Position numbers and translations under genes: made by a program. A stretch of DNA of 64,000 nt from the NCBI GenBank assembly GCA_965216785.1, contig OZ244197.1, positions 512,001 to 576,000 on the forward strand, written 5' to 3'. Every line of letters begins with the position of its first letter. Position 1 is the first letter of the stretch. Shown here piece by piece: positions 39,531 to 49,844 of the stretch. Under the pieces are notes generated by a model. The model did no database searches. It saw only the letters and a list, made by a program, of their open reading frames with translations, and had not been told where the DNA came from. Source of the stretch: Thermodesulfobacteriota bacterium (GTDB lineage Bacteria; Desulfobacterota_D; UBA1144; Nemesobacterales; UBA2774).

Positions 39531-40166
39531 TTATTCTGAGCATAAACCCGAGCAGGATTTATAGCCGGCTTTACACCCGGATACGCATTTTGATCTTTTA
39601 CCAGACTTAGCCCCACCTCCGATATATACACTGCAGCCCGACTTACAGTGCCGGAGCTTGTAATCGCAGTCTTCACTACAGCTTAGATCCGGTTTTTCTG
39701 GGTAATCGAGCCTTTCGGGAAGAGAGGGATCGGCGCATCTTTTTTTGCAGTAATCAGAGCTCTCGGCGCACTTGCTTCTGCATACGCTTTTCTTCCCGCT
39801 CTTGGCCCCGCCGCCTGTGTATTTGGTGCAAACTTCGTTGCAGTCAACAAGCTTTAAATCACATGCGTCCCTGCACGCACGGTCGTGATACGCCTCGGGT
39901 TTAAGCGTTGGCCTGGGCGTAGGGTTCAGGCATCTAACATTGCAGCCCTCAAGCTCTTTTCCGCAGCCCCTATTACACTCCCGTCTTTTCTCAGCCTTAG
40001 CCCCACCCCCAATGAGCTGTGAGCATGAGAACTCGCAGTTATCCCTACTCTCCTCACACATTTGCGGGCAGGTGAGATCTATATATTCTTCACCCCAAGC
40101 GGGATTGAAGAAAGATCCCAACATGGCAATTGTCGCCAATACCGATATTAGAGCTATTTTATTCAT
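39531..40166 (-). CDS. Secreted Cys-rich protein with three 8-Cys repeats
   Basis: Signal peptide from MNKIAL (ATG 40166); 3x CX3CX6CX3C-X15-CX3CX6CX3C. Confidence 0.8.
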   Translation of the reverse strand: MNKIALISVLATIAMLGSFFNPAWGEEYIDLTCPQMCEESRDNCEFSCSQLIGGGAKAEKRRECNRGCGKELEGCNVRCLNPTPRPTLKPEAYHDRACRDACDLKLVDCNEVCTKYTGGGAKSGKKSVCRSKCAESSDYCKKRCADPSLPERLDYPEKPDLSCSEDCDYKLRHCKSGCSVYIGGGAKSGKRSKCVSGCKAGYKSCSGLCSE

Positions 40167-40277
40167 ACATTTTGGCTTTGTATTGCTTACTAAATGAGTA
40201 CTTAAAGTATAGCAACTATGCATCTAACATAAAGCCCTGCTTGTTACGAACAGATACCCTCGTTATAATTTGCAAGC

Positions 40278-41606
40278 ATGAATACAGATAAATTGAGAAG
40301 CGATGCGGTCGCAATATTTAAGGCAGGCCTAAAAGCGGTAGATCCCGTAAACGCCGTAAAGAACAGGTTAAAACGCGAAGGTGAGATATTAAGGCTTGAA
40401 GGCAGTGAATATAACCTGGCAGAATACAAAAATATTTACGTAATCGGTATGGGCAAGGCGGCAGCGGCAATGGCAAGCGCGGTTGAGGATATATTGGGCG
40501 GGCTTATAACCGCGGGCGTGGTTAACGTAAAATACGGACACTCCGTACCGTTACAAATAATTAAGGTGAATGAAGCCGGCCACCCTGTACCGGACGAAAA
40601 AGGGCTCCGGGGAACCCAAGAGATTGTTGACCTTCTGAAAAACTCCGCAAGAGACGATCTGATTATCTGCTTGATATCAGGCGGCGGATCTGCGCTACTG
40701 CCGCTCCCCGCGGCGGATATTACGCTTGAGGACAAGCAGGAGCTTACCTCAGCGCTCCTTAGCTGCGGCGCTACGATTCATGAGATAAACGCGCTGCGAA
40801 AACAGATATCGGGAGTCAAAGGCGGCCGTCTGGCAAAACTTGCCTATCCCTCGACAATGATATCGCTGATACTATCAGACGTCATTGGAGACAACCTGGA
40901 CGTAATCGCATCAGGTCCCACGGTGCCGGACACCCACTCCTTTCACGACTGCCTTGAGATTGTGAATAAATACGGGCTTAAAGAACAAGCTCACGGGGCT
41001 GTAATTGAGTACATAGAAAAAGGATGCCGCGGAGGTCACGAGGAAACCCCCAAGCCTGAGGACCCCGCGTTTGAGCGCACTCAAAACGTTATAATCGGAA
41101 GCAACATAGAGGCGGTAAGGGCCGCAAGCGAGAAAGCCGGGGGGCTTGGATACAACAGCCTGATCCTATCTACTTTCATACACGGAGAAACAGAGGAAGT
41201 AGCAAAGGTGCACACAGCTATAGCCGAAGAGATACTAAGCTCCGGCAACCCCGTAAAGAGACCTGCCTGCATAATCTCAGGCGGCGAGACAACAGTGACA
41301 ATTGAAGGCACGGGAAAAGGAGGAAGAAACCAGGAGTTTGTTTTAGCGGCGGCCATTCATATTGAAGGATTAAATGACGTTGTAATCCTGAGCGGCGGAA
41401 CAGATGGAACCGACGGTCCGACAGACGCGGCAGGCGCGGTAGCCGACGGATCTACAGTATCAAGAGCGCATGATCTGGGACTTGATCCTTACGCATTTCT
41501 TTGCAATAACGATTCATACAACTTTTTTACGCAGCTTGGGGATCTGCTTATTACAGGCCCAACACATACGAACGTGATGGATGTAAGGGTCTTACTTGTA
41601 ACATGA
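40278..41606 (+). CDS. Glycerate 2-kinase (MOFRL/TtuD family)
   Basis: GMGKAA, AGHPVPD, ISGGGSAL, SDVIGD, GGETTV, GGRNQE, GTDGTDG, TNVMD. Confidence 0.93.
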   Translation: MNTDKLRSDAVAIFKAGLKAVDPVNAVKNRLKREGEILRLEGSEYNLAEYKNIYVIGMGKAAAAMASAVEDILGGLITAGVVNVKYGHSVPLQIIKVNEAGHPVPDEKGLRGTQEIVDLLKNSARDDLIICLISGGGSALLPLPAADITLEDKQELTSALLSCGATIHEINALRKQISGVKGGRLAKLAYPSTMISLILSDVIGDNLDVIASGPTVPDTHSFHDCLEIVNKYGLKEQAHGAVIEYIEKGCRGGHEETPKPEDPAFERTQNVIIGSNIEAVRAASEKAGGLGYNSLILSTFIHGETEEVAKVHTAIAEEILSSGNPVKRPACIISGGETTVTIEGTGKGGRNQEFVLAAAIHIEGLNDVVILSGGTDGTDGPTDAAGAVADGSTVSRAHDLGLDPYAFLCNNDSYNFFTQLGDLLITGPTHTNVMDVRVLLVT

Positions 41607-41645
41607 GGGAAAAGATAAATAAGCGGATTTAGTATACTCCCGAAA

Positions 41646-41999
41646 TCAGAGTTTAAGACCAGCAAGAAATCCTATCTGCTCGGCAAGCTCCTCACGGGTG
41701 ACGGAGAAAATATCGAAAGTTTTATTGAGAGTGACCATCCTTATATTCTCGGCAATTAGTCTTTCCGAGCCTGAAACCCAATAGACACAGACGATCATCT
41801 CAAGACCGTTTGGATGCTTAAACATAATAGAGGCGTATCTATCGATGCCCATTATCAGCGGCCCGTCCGGTACAAGCTTTACCTGGTAGCCGGGAGCGGC
41901 GCCATAGTCTTTTATGAAATCTTCGAAAACCGGCCGTACCATGTTCTCGAATAAATCTTCTACTTTTTCGTCTAAATTTGACTCAGAATAATCGCTCAA
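41646..41999 (-). CDS. Hypothetical protein
   Basis: 117-aa ORF with protein-like composition filling the gap; no family recognised. Confidence 0.6.
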   Translation of the reverse strand: MSDYSESNLDEKVEDLFENMVRPVFEDFIKDYGAAPGYQVKLVPDGPLIMGIDRYASIMFKHPNGLEMIVCVYWVSGSERLIAENIRMVTLNKTFDIFSVTREELAEQIGFLAGLKL

Positions 42000-42061
42000 T
42001 TAACTCACACTGAAATTCATACCACTCATATTTTATAGTACCAAAGTATGATTAAGACCGC

Positions 42062-42433
42062 CTATGACAAATCAAGCGAATGTCTTTTTAAATCCTCAAT
42101 GGAGATGAGCTCAAGAACTGATTCATGGGTCGAGGTAAGAACGACAGGTGGAGCAACTCCGTTATCCATTGCTTCTTTCCACCTGAGCGCGCATACACAC
42201 CACCTGTCTCCGGGTTTCAGTCCCGGGAAATCGAAATCAGGGTTCGGTGTGCTGAGGTCATTCCCAGTTGCTTTTGAGAACTCTAAGAACTCTTCTGTCA
42301 CCTCGGCACAGACCACATGCATACCCAAATCTTGAGCGTCCGAACTGCAGCAACCGTCCCTGAAAAAACCCGTCATAGGATTCGTAGAGCAAGTATCGAG
42401 TTTTTCTCCGAAAACATTTTTATCATCTGGCAT
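42062..42433 (-). CDS. DUF2237 family protein
   Basis: NVFG..L..CS..PMTGFFRDGCC, GNDLSTP, PGLKPGDRWCVCA.RW. Confidence 0.9.
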   Translation of the reverse strand: MPDDKNVFGEKLDTCSTNPMTGFFRDGCCSSDAQDLGMHVVCAEVTEEFLEFSKATGNDLSTPNPDFDFPGLKPGDRWCVCALRWKEAMDNGVAPPVVLTSTHESVLELISIEDLKRHSLDLS

Positions 42434-42532
42434 TAAATAGCCCCCCTTATCTGATCTTTAATAATCAGAGACTATAGATCTAATATATTATCCAGAGAGA
42501 AAAGAAACTATCCATAGCTCGTTTAATTAAAA

Positions 42533-44407
42533 CTATGACTCTCCCGGACGCTCCCAAGCATGATCGTTATCTTCCTCTATATCTTCCTGATCGGATTTCA
42601 GAAGATCTATCAGGTCCTGGTTTTTCTCCTTGGTCTTTTCTATAAACGCTTTTTCATCCTCGGACTCCAGCACGTCGTATAACTCTACAAGATGCTTTTC
42701 ATCATGGTGCTTGAAATTGAGCGCCGCGCGGTGCGCTTGGTAACCATGAAACCCGAGCATCCTGAGCGCGCTTTCACCAAGCTCAATCGCTGACGCAAAA
42801 GTCTCCCTCTCTATAACCTTAACCCCCGCATCCATTAACTCATAGGTATGTCTTCTATCAAAAGAACGGGCTAAAATCTGTAAATTGGGGAAATGCTTCC
42901 TGACAGTGCGCGCTATCTCTATTGCCTTGTCTTTGTCATCCACGGCCAACACAAAGAGCTTTGCGTCCTGAGCGCCCGCGGATGTAAGTAGATCAAGCCT
43001 CGAAGCGTCGCCGTAAAACACTTTATATCCAAATCTTCTTACCATATCTATCTGGCTCGGCTTATAATCCAGCACCGTTGTACCGATATTATTCGCATGC
43101 AGCAGTCTACCGACGATCTGGCCGAATCTTCCAAAGCCCGCTATGATGACGGGGTTTTTCTCATCTATCTCGTCAGGATCCCTTTTCTCGCTAAGGCTCT
43201 TAAAGCGGGGCTGTATAAGAAGCTCGTTAATTATCATCATGATCGGCGTCATCATCATCGAAAGCGCGATCACTAATATGAGGGTGCCGGATATATACGC
43301 CGGAATCACATTATTTTGTGTAGCAAAAGAAAAGAGCACGAATCCGAACTCGCCCCCCTGCGCGAGTGAGAAGGAGAACAAAAAGTTTTGGCTCATATTC
43401 ATTTTGAAGACTACGCCGAGTATGAACAAGATAATGAGCTTTATAGAAACGAGCACCGCGACGAGACCTAAGATTAGATAGGGTTCTTGCATAAATAGAT
43501 TAAAATCAATGCTCGCCCCCACAGAGATGAAGAATAGACCGAGCAGGAGTCCTTTAAACGGCTCGATATCGGATTCGAGCTCGTGTCGGTATTCGCTATC
43601 GGCCAGAACCACGCCTGCTAAAAAGGTTCCCAAGGCTGGAGACAGCCCTACGAGCTGCATAGAAAGAGCGATACCTATAACGAGAAATAGAGCGAACGCC
43701 GTGAATATTTCTCTTAACCTGGTCTCGGCGATAAAGCGGAAAGCGTAACGGGCTAAGAACTTGCCGGCTATAATTATAGTTCCGATGAGCGCTGTCACTA
43801 TCAGCGCTTGCTGCCACCCCGGCAGTGCTTCAACGGGTGATTCGCTATGACCCGCTCCGGATTCCGCACCGATAAACGGTACGCTTGACACTGCAAGAAG
43901 CGGGATTAATGCCAGCATGGGTATTACTGCTATATCCTGAAACAGGAGCACTGAGAAACTCGAGCGGCCTCCTTCTGAATTCATTAAGCCTTTTTCGCTT
44001 AGGGTTTGAAGCACAATGGCGGTTGAGGACAGGGCCAAAATAAGGCCTACTGCAAGAGATATCCTCCAACCGAAATCAAGCGCGAAAGCAAGTGCCCCTA
44101 TAACAACAGCGCTCAGAAGCACCTGAAGGCCGCCAAGTCCCACTATGGGCCCTTTTAGCTTCCATAGTCTTGAAGGCTGCAGCTCTAGCCCGATCAGAAA
44201 CAGCATCAGCACTACGCCGAACTCGGCAAAGTGCATTACCTCCCCCGTCTCAGTACCAACAAACTTGAGCGCAAAAGGTCCTATAATCACGCCCGCTAGC
44301 AAGTAACCAAGCACCGATCCAAGCCCTAAACGCTTGGCGATAGGGACAGAAATTACCGCTGCAAGTAGGTATATGAATGCCTGAAATAAGAGATTATCAC
44401 TTCCCAT
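42533..44407 (-). CDS. kefC: Kef-type K+ efflux antiporter (CPA2 plus KTN domain)
   Basis: AEFGVVLMLFLIGLEL, LALSSTA, LLFQDIA, YRHELESDIEPFK, AGFGRFGQ; KefB/KefC not distinguishable. Confidence 0.9.
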   Translation of the reverse strand: MGSDNLLFQAFIYLLAAVISVPIAKRLGLGSVLGYLLAGVIIGPFALKFVGTETGEVMHFAEFGVVLMLFLIGLELQPSRLWKLKGPIVGLGGLQVLLSAVVIGALAFALDFGWRISLAVGLILALSSTAIVLQTLSEKGLMNSEGGRSSFSVLLFQDIAVIPMLALIPLLAVSSVPFIGAESGAGHSESPVEALPGWQQALIVTALIGTIIIAGKFLARYAFRFIAETRLREIFTAFALFLVIGIALSMQLVGLSPALGTFLAGVVLADSEYRHELESDIEPFKGLLLGLFFISVGASIDFNLFMQEPYLILGLVAVLVSIKLIILFILGVVFKMNMSQNFLFSFSLAQGGEFGFVLFSFATQNNVIPAYISGTLILVIALSMMMTPIMMIINELLIQPRFKSLSEKRDPDEIDEKNPVIIAGFGRFGQIVGRLLHANNIGTTVLDYKPSQIDMVRRFGYKVFYGDASRLDLLTSAGAQDAKLFVLAVDDKDKAIEIARTVRKHFPNLQILARSFDRRHTYELMDAGVKVIERETFASAIELGESALRMLGFHGYQAHRAALNFKHHDEKHLVELYDVLESEDEKAFIEKTKEKNQDLIDLLKSDQEDIEEDNDHAWERPGES

Positions 44408-44442
44408 AATTTATATGCCCTAAAAATTATATGCTCCCAATT

Positions 44443-45072
44443 TTACATGCTCTTGGATTTATACTTTTCCAGAAAGTAACCATTAATATATTCAAACTCC
44501 TCAAGCGCCGCTAAGTTTATTTCCTCATCTCTTAGGGTTTTAATTATTTCTCCGTATAGCTCTTTAGACACTTCTATGTCTTGATACTTTTTTGAACCCG
44601 AAGCGTCGTGCACAACAAAAGGCGGCAGGTAATGCATTCCGCAGAGCACAGCCGATTGCTCAAAGGGTTTTAGAAAATCCCTAACGTTATAATAATGAAT
44701 TCCGTCCCTGCTGTACGAATTGAAACTACCACCCGCGGTTATGGCATTCATCATCATTTTTCCTTTTAAAGCCGTGCCCTGGTGTCCGTAAGCAAAACCG
44801 AACTCGAGCACCAGATCTTCCCATTCTTTTATGATGGCTGGAGAGCTGTACCAATAAAATGGATGTTGAAACACTATCACGTCATGCTCCAATAGGAGCT
44901 CCTGCTCCTTCTCAACATCTATAAGAAAATCCGGGTACAGATCATACAAATCCCGGAAGGTAACACCTTCCAGCTCATTTACGGCTTTGATGAGCTGGAT
45001 ATTAATCCTGGACTTTTGCAAAGCCGGATGGGCAAAAATAATCATCACTCTGTTTCGTATATTCTTAGACAT
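44443..45072 (-). CDS. kefF: Kef ancillary NAD(P)H oxidoreductase (flavodoxin-2 fold)
   Basis: FAHP...SRIN, DLY..YPD, QHPFYWYSSP..K.W.D.V; upstream of kefC; KefF/KefG not distinguishable. Confidence 0.88.
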   Translation of the reverse strand: MSKNIRNRVMIIFAHPALQKSRINIQLIKAVNELEGVTFRDLYDLYPDFLIDVEKEQELLLEHDVIVFQHPFYWYSSPAIIKEWEDLVLEFGFAYGHQGTALKGKMMMNAITAGGSFNSYSRDGIHYYNVRDFLKPFEQSAVLCGMHYLPPFVVHDASGSKKYQDIEVSKELYGEIIKTLRDEEINLAALEEFEYINGYFLEKYKSKSM

Positions 45073-45294
45073 GTGTTTTTAAGATCAAGGCTTGCCGCTC
45101 CTTTTAATTTCACGCGCGTGGCAAATAACTGATACCGTTTTAGCTTTAATGTTAGATATTACACAAAATTCCCGATTATAGAACTACCCGATTCCCTATT
45201 AGGAATTCTCAATACCGTAATATCCTATGAGTTCAGAAATCTGAAGAAAGAGCTACATATGATTAGAGGGAAATAGAATTCAAATGGTTCAAAA

Positions 45295-45885
45295 CTAAAA
45301 GGTTAAGCTTTGCAAGGATTGATCCAGATCATCTGCGAATACTTCACAAATATCGTCCCATTGATCTGAAATATTCGAATCGTTGAAGCTCGAAGTAAAA
45401 AAGGAAAGGTAGGACATCAGGATTTGAGCCATTCCCGAGCTTATTTCTTTAAACACAAGGTTTCTTTCGGCCTTCTCGCCTGTCCATCCTTTATATAGAT
45501 TCCGTGCCGTAGCGTCTGAGATGCGATTTTGTCGGACATGGAGAAGTCTTAGATGAGAGTATTTATCCGAAGCGATATTTGCCAGATTTGTCAGAAACTC
45601 AGTTTCAGGTTCGACTTTCATCACTTTCTCAGTAAATTCTGCACACTGGTTCAACATGATAAGCATGACAGATATAGCAGTGTAGGGATCTTTCCCTATC
45701 TTTTTATTCAGAGAGAGAAGATGCTGATCAAATTCTGAGAATAAACGTACTAAATTATTCTCCAGTACTTCGTCGCTAGCAATTGAGCTGACTTTACCCA
45801 GTTCAGAGTTGGTCTGGTGTGTTGTCTCTTCGCTATCATTGCTTAGAACTATAATATTTCTTTTCATCGATTTATCACTATGCAC
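45295..45885 (-). CDS. Hypothetical helical protein
   Basis: 196-aa ORF 8 nt downstream of the receiver-fusion gene, probably co-transcribed. Confidence 0.6.
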   Translation of the reverse strand: MHSDKSMKRNIIVLSNDSEETTHQTNSELGKVSSIASDEVLENNLVRLFSEFDQHLLSLNKKIGKDPYTAISVMLIMLNQCAEFTEKVMKVEPETEFLTNLANIASDKYSHLRLLHVRQNRISDATARNLYKGWTGEKAERNLVFKEISSGMAQILMSYLSFFTSSFNDSNISDQWDDICEVFADDLDQSLQSLTF

Positions 45886-45893
45886 ATCTAACC

Positions 45894-47348
45894 TTATCCT
45901 GAGATTAACCCTGCTGCATTTGAGCTTGTGTATCTTTGAGCGGCCTCTACAAGCTCACTTGCCGCAAACGGTTTAGAGATATTTCCGTTTGCTCCCGCCA
46001 TTTTTGAGCGTACTTTATCAACGAGTCCATCTTTAGAAGACAGCATGATAATGGGTACTTGTTTCATGAGCCCGTGGCTTTTAATAATCTTGCAAACCTG
46101 GTAACCATCCATGTGCGGCAGGTTTATTTCTATAAAAATTAAGCCCGGCTTAACATCAGTTAAGCACGAGAGTGCCTCCATACCATCAGACACAGCGCTC
46201 ACAGAATACCCTTGACGGTTTAAGGCAATACTTATTAACTTTTGAATCGTAGGGCTGTTATCTATAACTAAGACATTTTTATTGATCCCACTTGAACTAA
46301 TATCATTTGGAGTGATTTCACTTGACGGATCATTCATATCTACAGAGTCTGAGGCAGAGGCCTGGAGTTGCTTTTCAATTTCCGGCTCGGCAGATGCCGC
46401 AAAAGGCTCATTAATTGAGTTTAAGCCCTGAGATGAAGATGTAAGCTGGACAGGTTCCTCATTAGACTGATCCGTTCCCTCCAAAGTGTCCCCGCCAATT
46501 TGGTTCTCGTCCTCAGTCATTTCTGCGGAGTCTTTATTATCGGGAGAATTAATAAATAGATTTTGACTAAAAACGTCTACGCCATCACCAGGGGCTGAGT
46601 CTTCTACCCGAGTCTCCGATTCTTCAAAAAAGCCGGAATTGTCAGCGTCGTTGTGCAATTCGTCAGTTTCAGATTCATCTATAAGATCTTCATTCGTATC
46701 TCTAACGGGGGGAGCGTCTATTTCAGATTCAATCTTCTCTGCATGAAAAATTTCTTCATTGAATGTTGATTGAGTATTTTCTTCTTCCAATGATCCGTTA
46801 ATATCAACTTCTAAAGTATCATCGTTTTTATACCCTTCTATCTCTTTTACTAACTCTTCTATATCTATATCTTCATTTTCAGCGGGTTTTGCCGATAATT
46901 TAGAATAATCCGTGAAATTTTTATTGTATCCGTAATACTGCGTTAACATATCAATTATGGAGCGCTCTGAAACGACTACGGGGATAATATTTTTCCCCGT
47001 TAAAAAGTTTAGTTTATCTAACAGTATTAAATTTGAGGGGTCTGACATAGCGACTGTTAATGCAGAACCTGTGATGCTCAGTGGTATAAGACGGTTCTCT
47101 ATTGCTATCTCACTTGGAATAAGCTCTAAAACTTCTTGATCTACAGAGTGGTCCTCTATGCTAATTACAGGCACACCGTAAGATTTACCGAGAAAATCCA
47201 TTAGCTCAGGTTCAGTTATGTAGCCCAATTCAATTAAAGCCTCACTAAGCTCCATATCGGAATTGTACTTTTTCTCAATCGCCTCTTTTATCTGCTCCAG
47301 GCTTAAAATATCTTCTTTAACCAGAAGCTTAGCTATCTGCATTTTCAT
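45894..47348 (-). CDS. PilB/GspE N-terminal (MshEN-like) domain, acidic linker and atypical receiver domain
   Basis: N-terminal LIELGYITEPEL...LIP.EIA....LIPL....LTVAMSDP; C-terminal PilG-like REC VLVIDNSPT...GLIFIEINLPHMDG...KPF; start moved to ATG 47348/47342 because a sigma54 box lies at 47364-47379. Confidence 0.8.
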   Translation of the reverse strand: MKMQIAKLLVKEDILSLEQIKEAIEKKYNSDMELSEALIELGYITEPELMDFLGKSYGVPVISIEDHSVDQEVLELIPSEIAIENRLIPLSITGSALTVAMSDPSNLILLDKLNFLTGKNIIPVVVSERSIIDMLTQYYGYNKNFTDYSKLSAKPAENEDIDIEELVKEIEGYKNDDTLEVDINGSLEEENTQSTFNEEIFHAEKIESEIDAPPVRDTNEDLIDESETDELHNDADNSGFFEESETRVEDSAPGDGVDVFSQNLFINSPDNKDSAEMTEDENQIGGDTLEGTDQSNEEPVQLTSSSQGLNSINEPFAASAEPEIEKQLQASASDSVDMNDPSSEITPNDISSSGINKNVLVIDNSPTIQKLISIALNRQGYSVSAVSDGMEALSCLTDVKPGLIFIEINLPHMDGYQVCKIIKSHGLMKQVPIIMLSSKDGLVDKVRSKMAGANGNISKPFAASELVEAAQRYTSSNAAGLISG

Positions 47349-47363
47349 ATAGGTTAAGAATTT

Positions 47364-47379
47364 TGCAAGTAGCGTGCCA
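47364..47379 (-). promoter_or_regulatory. sigma54 promoter of the PilB-N/REC gene
   Basis: Minus strand TGGCACGCTACTTGCA, near-consensus. Confidence 0.85.
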
Positions 47380-47466
47380 TACACAAATTAGTCTGTAAAA
47401 TATCCATAAGCCCCCTATATCACTATATAATCTTGTACAGACTAGTGAGTACCTAATGCGCAATTG

Positions 47467-47481
47467 TGACGAAAAACGTCA
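47467..47481. promoter_or_regulatory. Palindromic candidate enhancer site
   Basis: TGACG-AAAAA-CGTCA about 90-100 bp upstream of the 47379 sigma54 box. Confidence 0.5.
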
Positions 47482-47678
47482 ATATGCGACTTTAAATTCA
47501 CATTTTGTAAGGGAAACACTATTTTCACTATTATGGTTTGACTAAAATATCGATCTTATTTAAAGGTTTTTCTGCCACGATAAAAGAAGTTTAAACTAGC
47601 GTAAAGTTAACCATTAAGACGGAAGAATTAATAATTCGGATAAAATCACGTATCAAGTGTCTAATTTTTAAAACTTCG

Positions 47679-47695
47679 TGCTTAAAAGTGAGGCA
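47679..47695. promoter_or_regulatory. NtrC-like binding site
   Basis: TGCTTAAAAGTGAGGCA = TGC-N11-GCA upstream of the glnB sigma54 promoter. Confidence 0.6.
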
Positions 47696-47756
47696 CATTT
47701 TTTTATTAACATTTCATAAGATGCCTATTTCATTGATTGAAATGCGTTTTGATAAG

Positions 47757-47772
47757 TGGTATGGTGTTTGCA
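47757..47772 (+). promoter_or_regulatory. sigma54 promoter of glnB-glnA
   Basis: TGGTATGGTGTTTGCA (GG-N10-GC), 28 nt before the glnB ATG. Confidence 0.8.
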
Positions 47773-47776
47773 TTAA

Positions 47777-48139
<363 letters not shown>

Positions 48140-48209
48140 GGGTATAAGGTTGTCGCTAAATCCGTAATATCCACACACTAGAATAATATATACAAAGGAG
48201 CAAAGCATT

Positions 48210-49676
48210 ATGCCCACAACAAGAAAGAAAACCAGCAAAGGAGGAAGTACGAGTATGTTTCCAAAGAAACCAGCCGATGTATTGAAAATGATTAAGGACA
48301 ATAATATTGAATTTGTCGATTTTAGATTCCTTGATTTCATTGGAACCTGGCAGCATTTTAGCATTCCCGCAAGAGAATTTGAGGCCTCAACATTCGATGA
48401 AGGCCTGGGTTTTGACGGTTCAAGCATTAGGGGATGGCAGTCAATTAACGCAAGCGATATGCTTATGATTCCTGAAGCAGCAACAGCCAGGATCGACCCG
48501 TTTTTAACTATTCCTACAATCGCGATCATTTGTGCTATAGTCGATCCTATTACACGCGAGCCTTACTCCAGAGACCCGCGTAATATTGCTAACAAAGCAA
48601 ACGCGTACCTTAAGAGCAGCGGAGTCGGAGATACAGCGTATTTCGGCCCTGAGCTCGAGTTTTTTATATTAGATGACGTAAGGTACGATCAGACAGCAAA
48701 CTCGGGCTATTATTTTATAGACTCCGTGGAAGGTATCTGGAATTCAGGAGCGGACGAAGGCCCGAACCTCGGTTATAAGCCAAGACATAAAGAAGGGTAC
48801 TTCCCTACCCCGCCTACAGATTCTTACCAGGACATGCGCTCGGAAATGGTTAGTGTTCTTGAGAGACTCGGGATATTGATAGAGGCTCACCACCACGAGG
48901 TAGCAACAGCCGGGCAGGCTGAAATCGATATGAGGTTTGCACCGCTGGTACAGATGGGCGATCAGATGATGTGGTATAAATATGTTATAAAGAACGTGGC
49001 AAAAAGCTATGGTAAAACGGTCACATTTATGCCTAAACCTCTCTTTGAAGACAACGGCTCGGGAATGCACGTTCACCAGTCGATATGGAAGAAAAATAAA
49101 CCCCTGTTCGCGGGAAATGGATATGCCGGAATGAGCGATATGGCTATGCACTATATAGGCGGCATATTAAAGCACGCACCTACAATTTGCGCGTTCAGTA
49201 ATCCGATTACAAACTCTTACAGACGTCTTGTTCCGGGCTTTGAAGCGCCGGTTAACCTCGCCTATTCGGCAAGAAACAGAAGCGCCGCGGTTAGGATACC
49301 GATGTACTCGCCAAGTCCTAAAGCAAAAAGGCTAGAGTGCCGCTTCCCGGACCCTTCAAGCAACGGATACCTGACTTTCTCTGCCATGCTGATGGCAGGG
49401 CTCGACGGTATAGAGAAGAAGCTCGATCCGGGCGATCCGCTGGATAAGGATATCTATGCATTGGGACCGGAGGAGCTTGCGGACATTCCATCAGTCCCGG
49501 GCACACTCGAAGACGCGCTTAAAGCACTCGAGGCAGATCACGAATTCCTTCTCAAGGGTGATGTATTCACAGAAGACGTGATTGAGACATGGATAGACTA
49601 CAAAATGGAAAACGAAGTAAACCCAATTAAACTAAGGCCGGTGCCTTATGAGTTTATGCTTTACTTTGACGTATAA
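48210..49676 (+). CDS. glnA: Glutamine synthetase type I
   Basis: FDGSSI, HHHEVA, FMPKP...[20 protein letters not shown], adenylylation-site DKDIY; alternative start 48255. Confidence 0.97.
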   Translation: MPTTRKKTSKGGSTSMFPKKPADVLKMIKDNNIEFVDFRFLDFIGTWQHFSIPAREFEASTFDEGLGFDGSSIRGWQSINASDMLMIPEAATARIDPFLTIPTIAIICAIVDPITREPYSRDPRNIANKANAYLKSSGVGDTAYFGPELEFFILDDVRYDQTANSGYYFIDSVEGIWNSGADEGPNLGYKPRHKEGYFPTPPTDSYQDMRSEMVSVLERLGILIEAHHHEVATAGQAEIDMRFAPLVQMGDQMMWYKYVIKNVAKSYGKTVTFMPKPLFEDNGSGMHVHQSIWKKNKPLFAGNGYAGMSDMAMHYIGGILKHAPTICAFSNPITNSYRRLVPGFEAPVNLAYSARNRSAAVRIPMYSPSPKAKRLECRFPDPSSNGYLTFSAMLMAGLDGIEKKLDPGDPLDKDIYALGPEELADIPSVPGTLEDALKALEADHEFLLKGDVFTEDVIETWIDYKMENEVNPIKLRPVPYEFMLYFDV

Positions 49677-49696
49677 AAGTTAAAGGAGAAAAGATG

Positions 49697-49733
49697 AAAA
49701 GGCGGCAATTCGAACAAAATTGCCGCCTTTTTT
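49697..49733. terminator. Bidirectional intrinsic terminator (glnA / nuoL)
   Basis: AAAA-GGCGGCAATT-cgaacaa-AATTGCCGCC-TTTTTT. Confidence 0.9.
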
Positions 49734-49844
49734 ATTGCCCTTTTGCTAATATCTAAGAACTATAAAACTATAATGGTCTACTATGAATGACAGAACCTAT
49801 TAGGATAGTGTGGGCTGCTGGTGAGTATTGCTAGATAGAGCCTG

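Noticed and set aside
39590-40020. GGAKSGK as a real Walker A NTPase
   Set aside because: No preceding beta-strand/Rossmann context, no S/T after the Lys, no Walker B; the protein is secreted and Cys-stapled
47349-47384. GTG start at 47384 for the PilB-N/REC gene
   Set aside because: It lies upstream of a consensus sigma54 promoter at 47364-47379, so it would not be on that transcript
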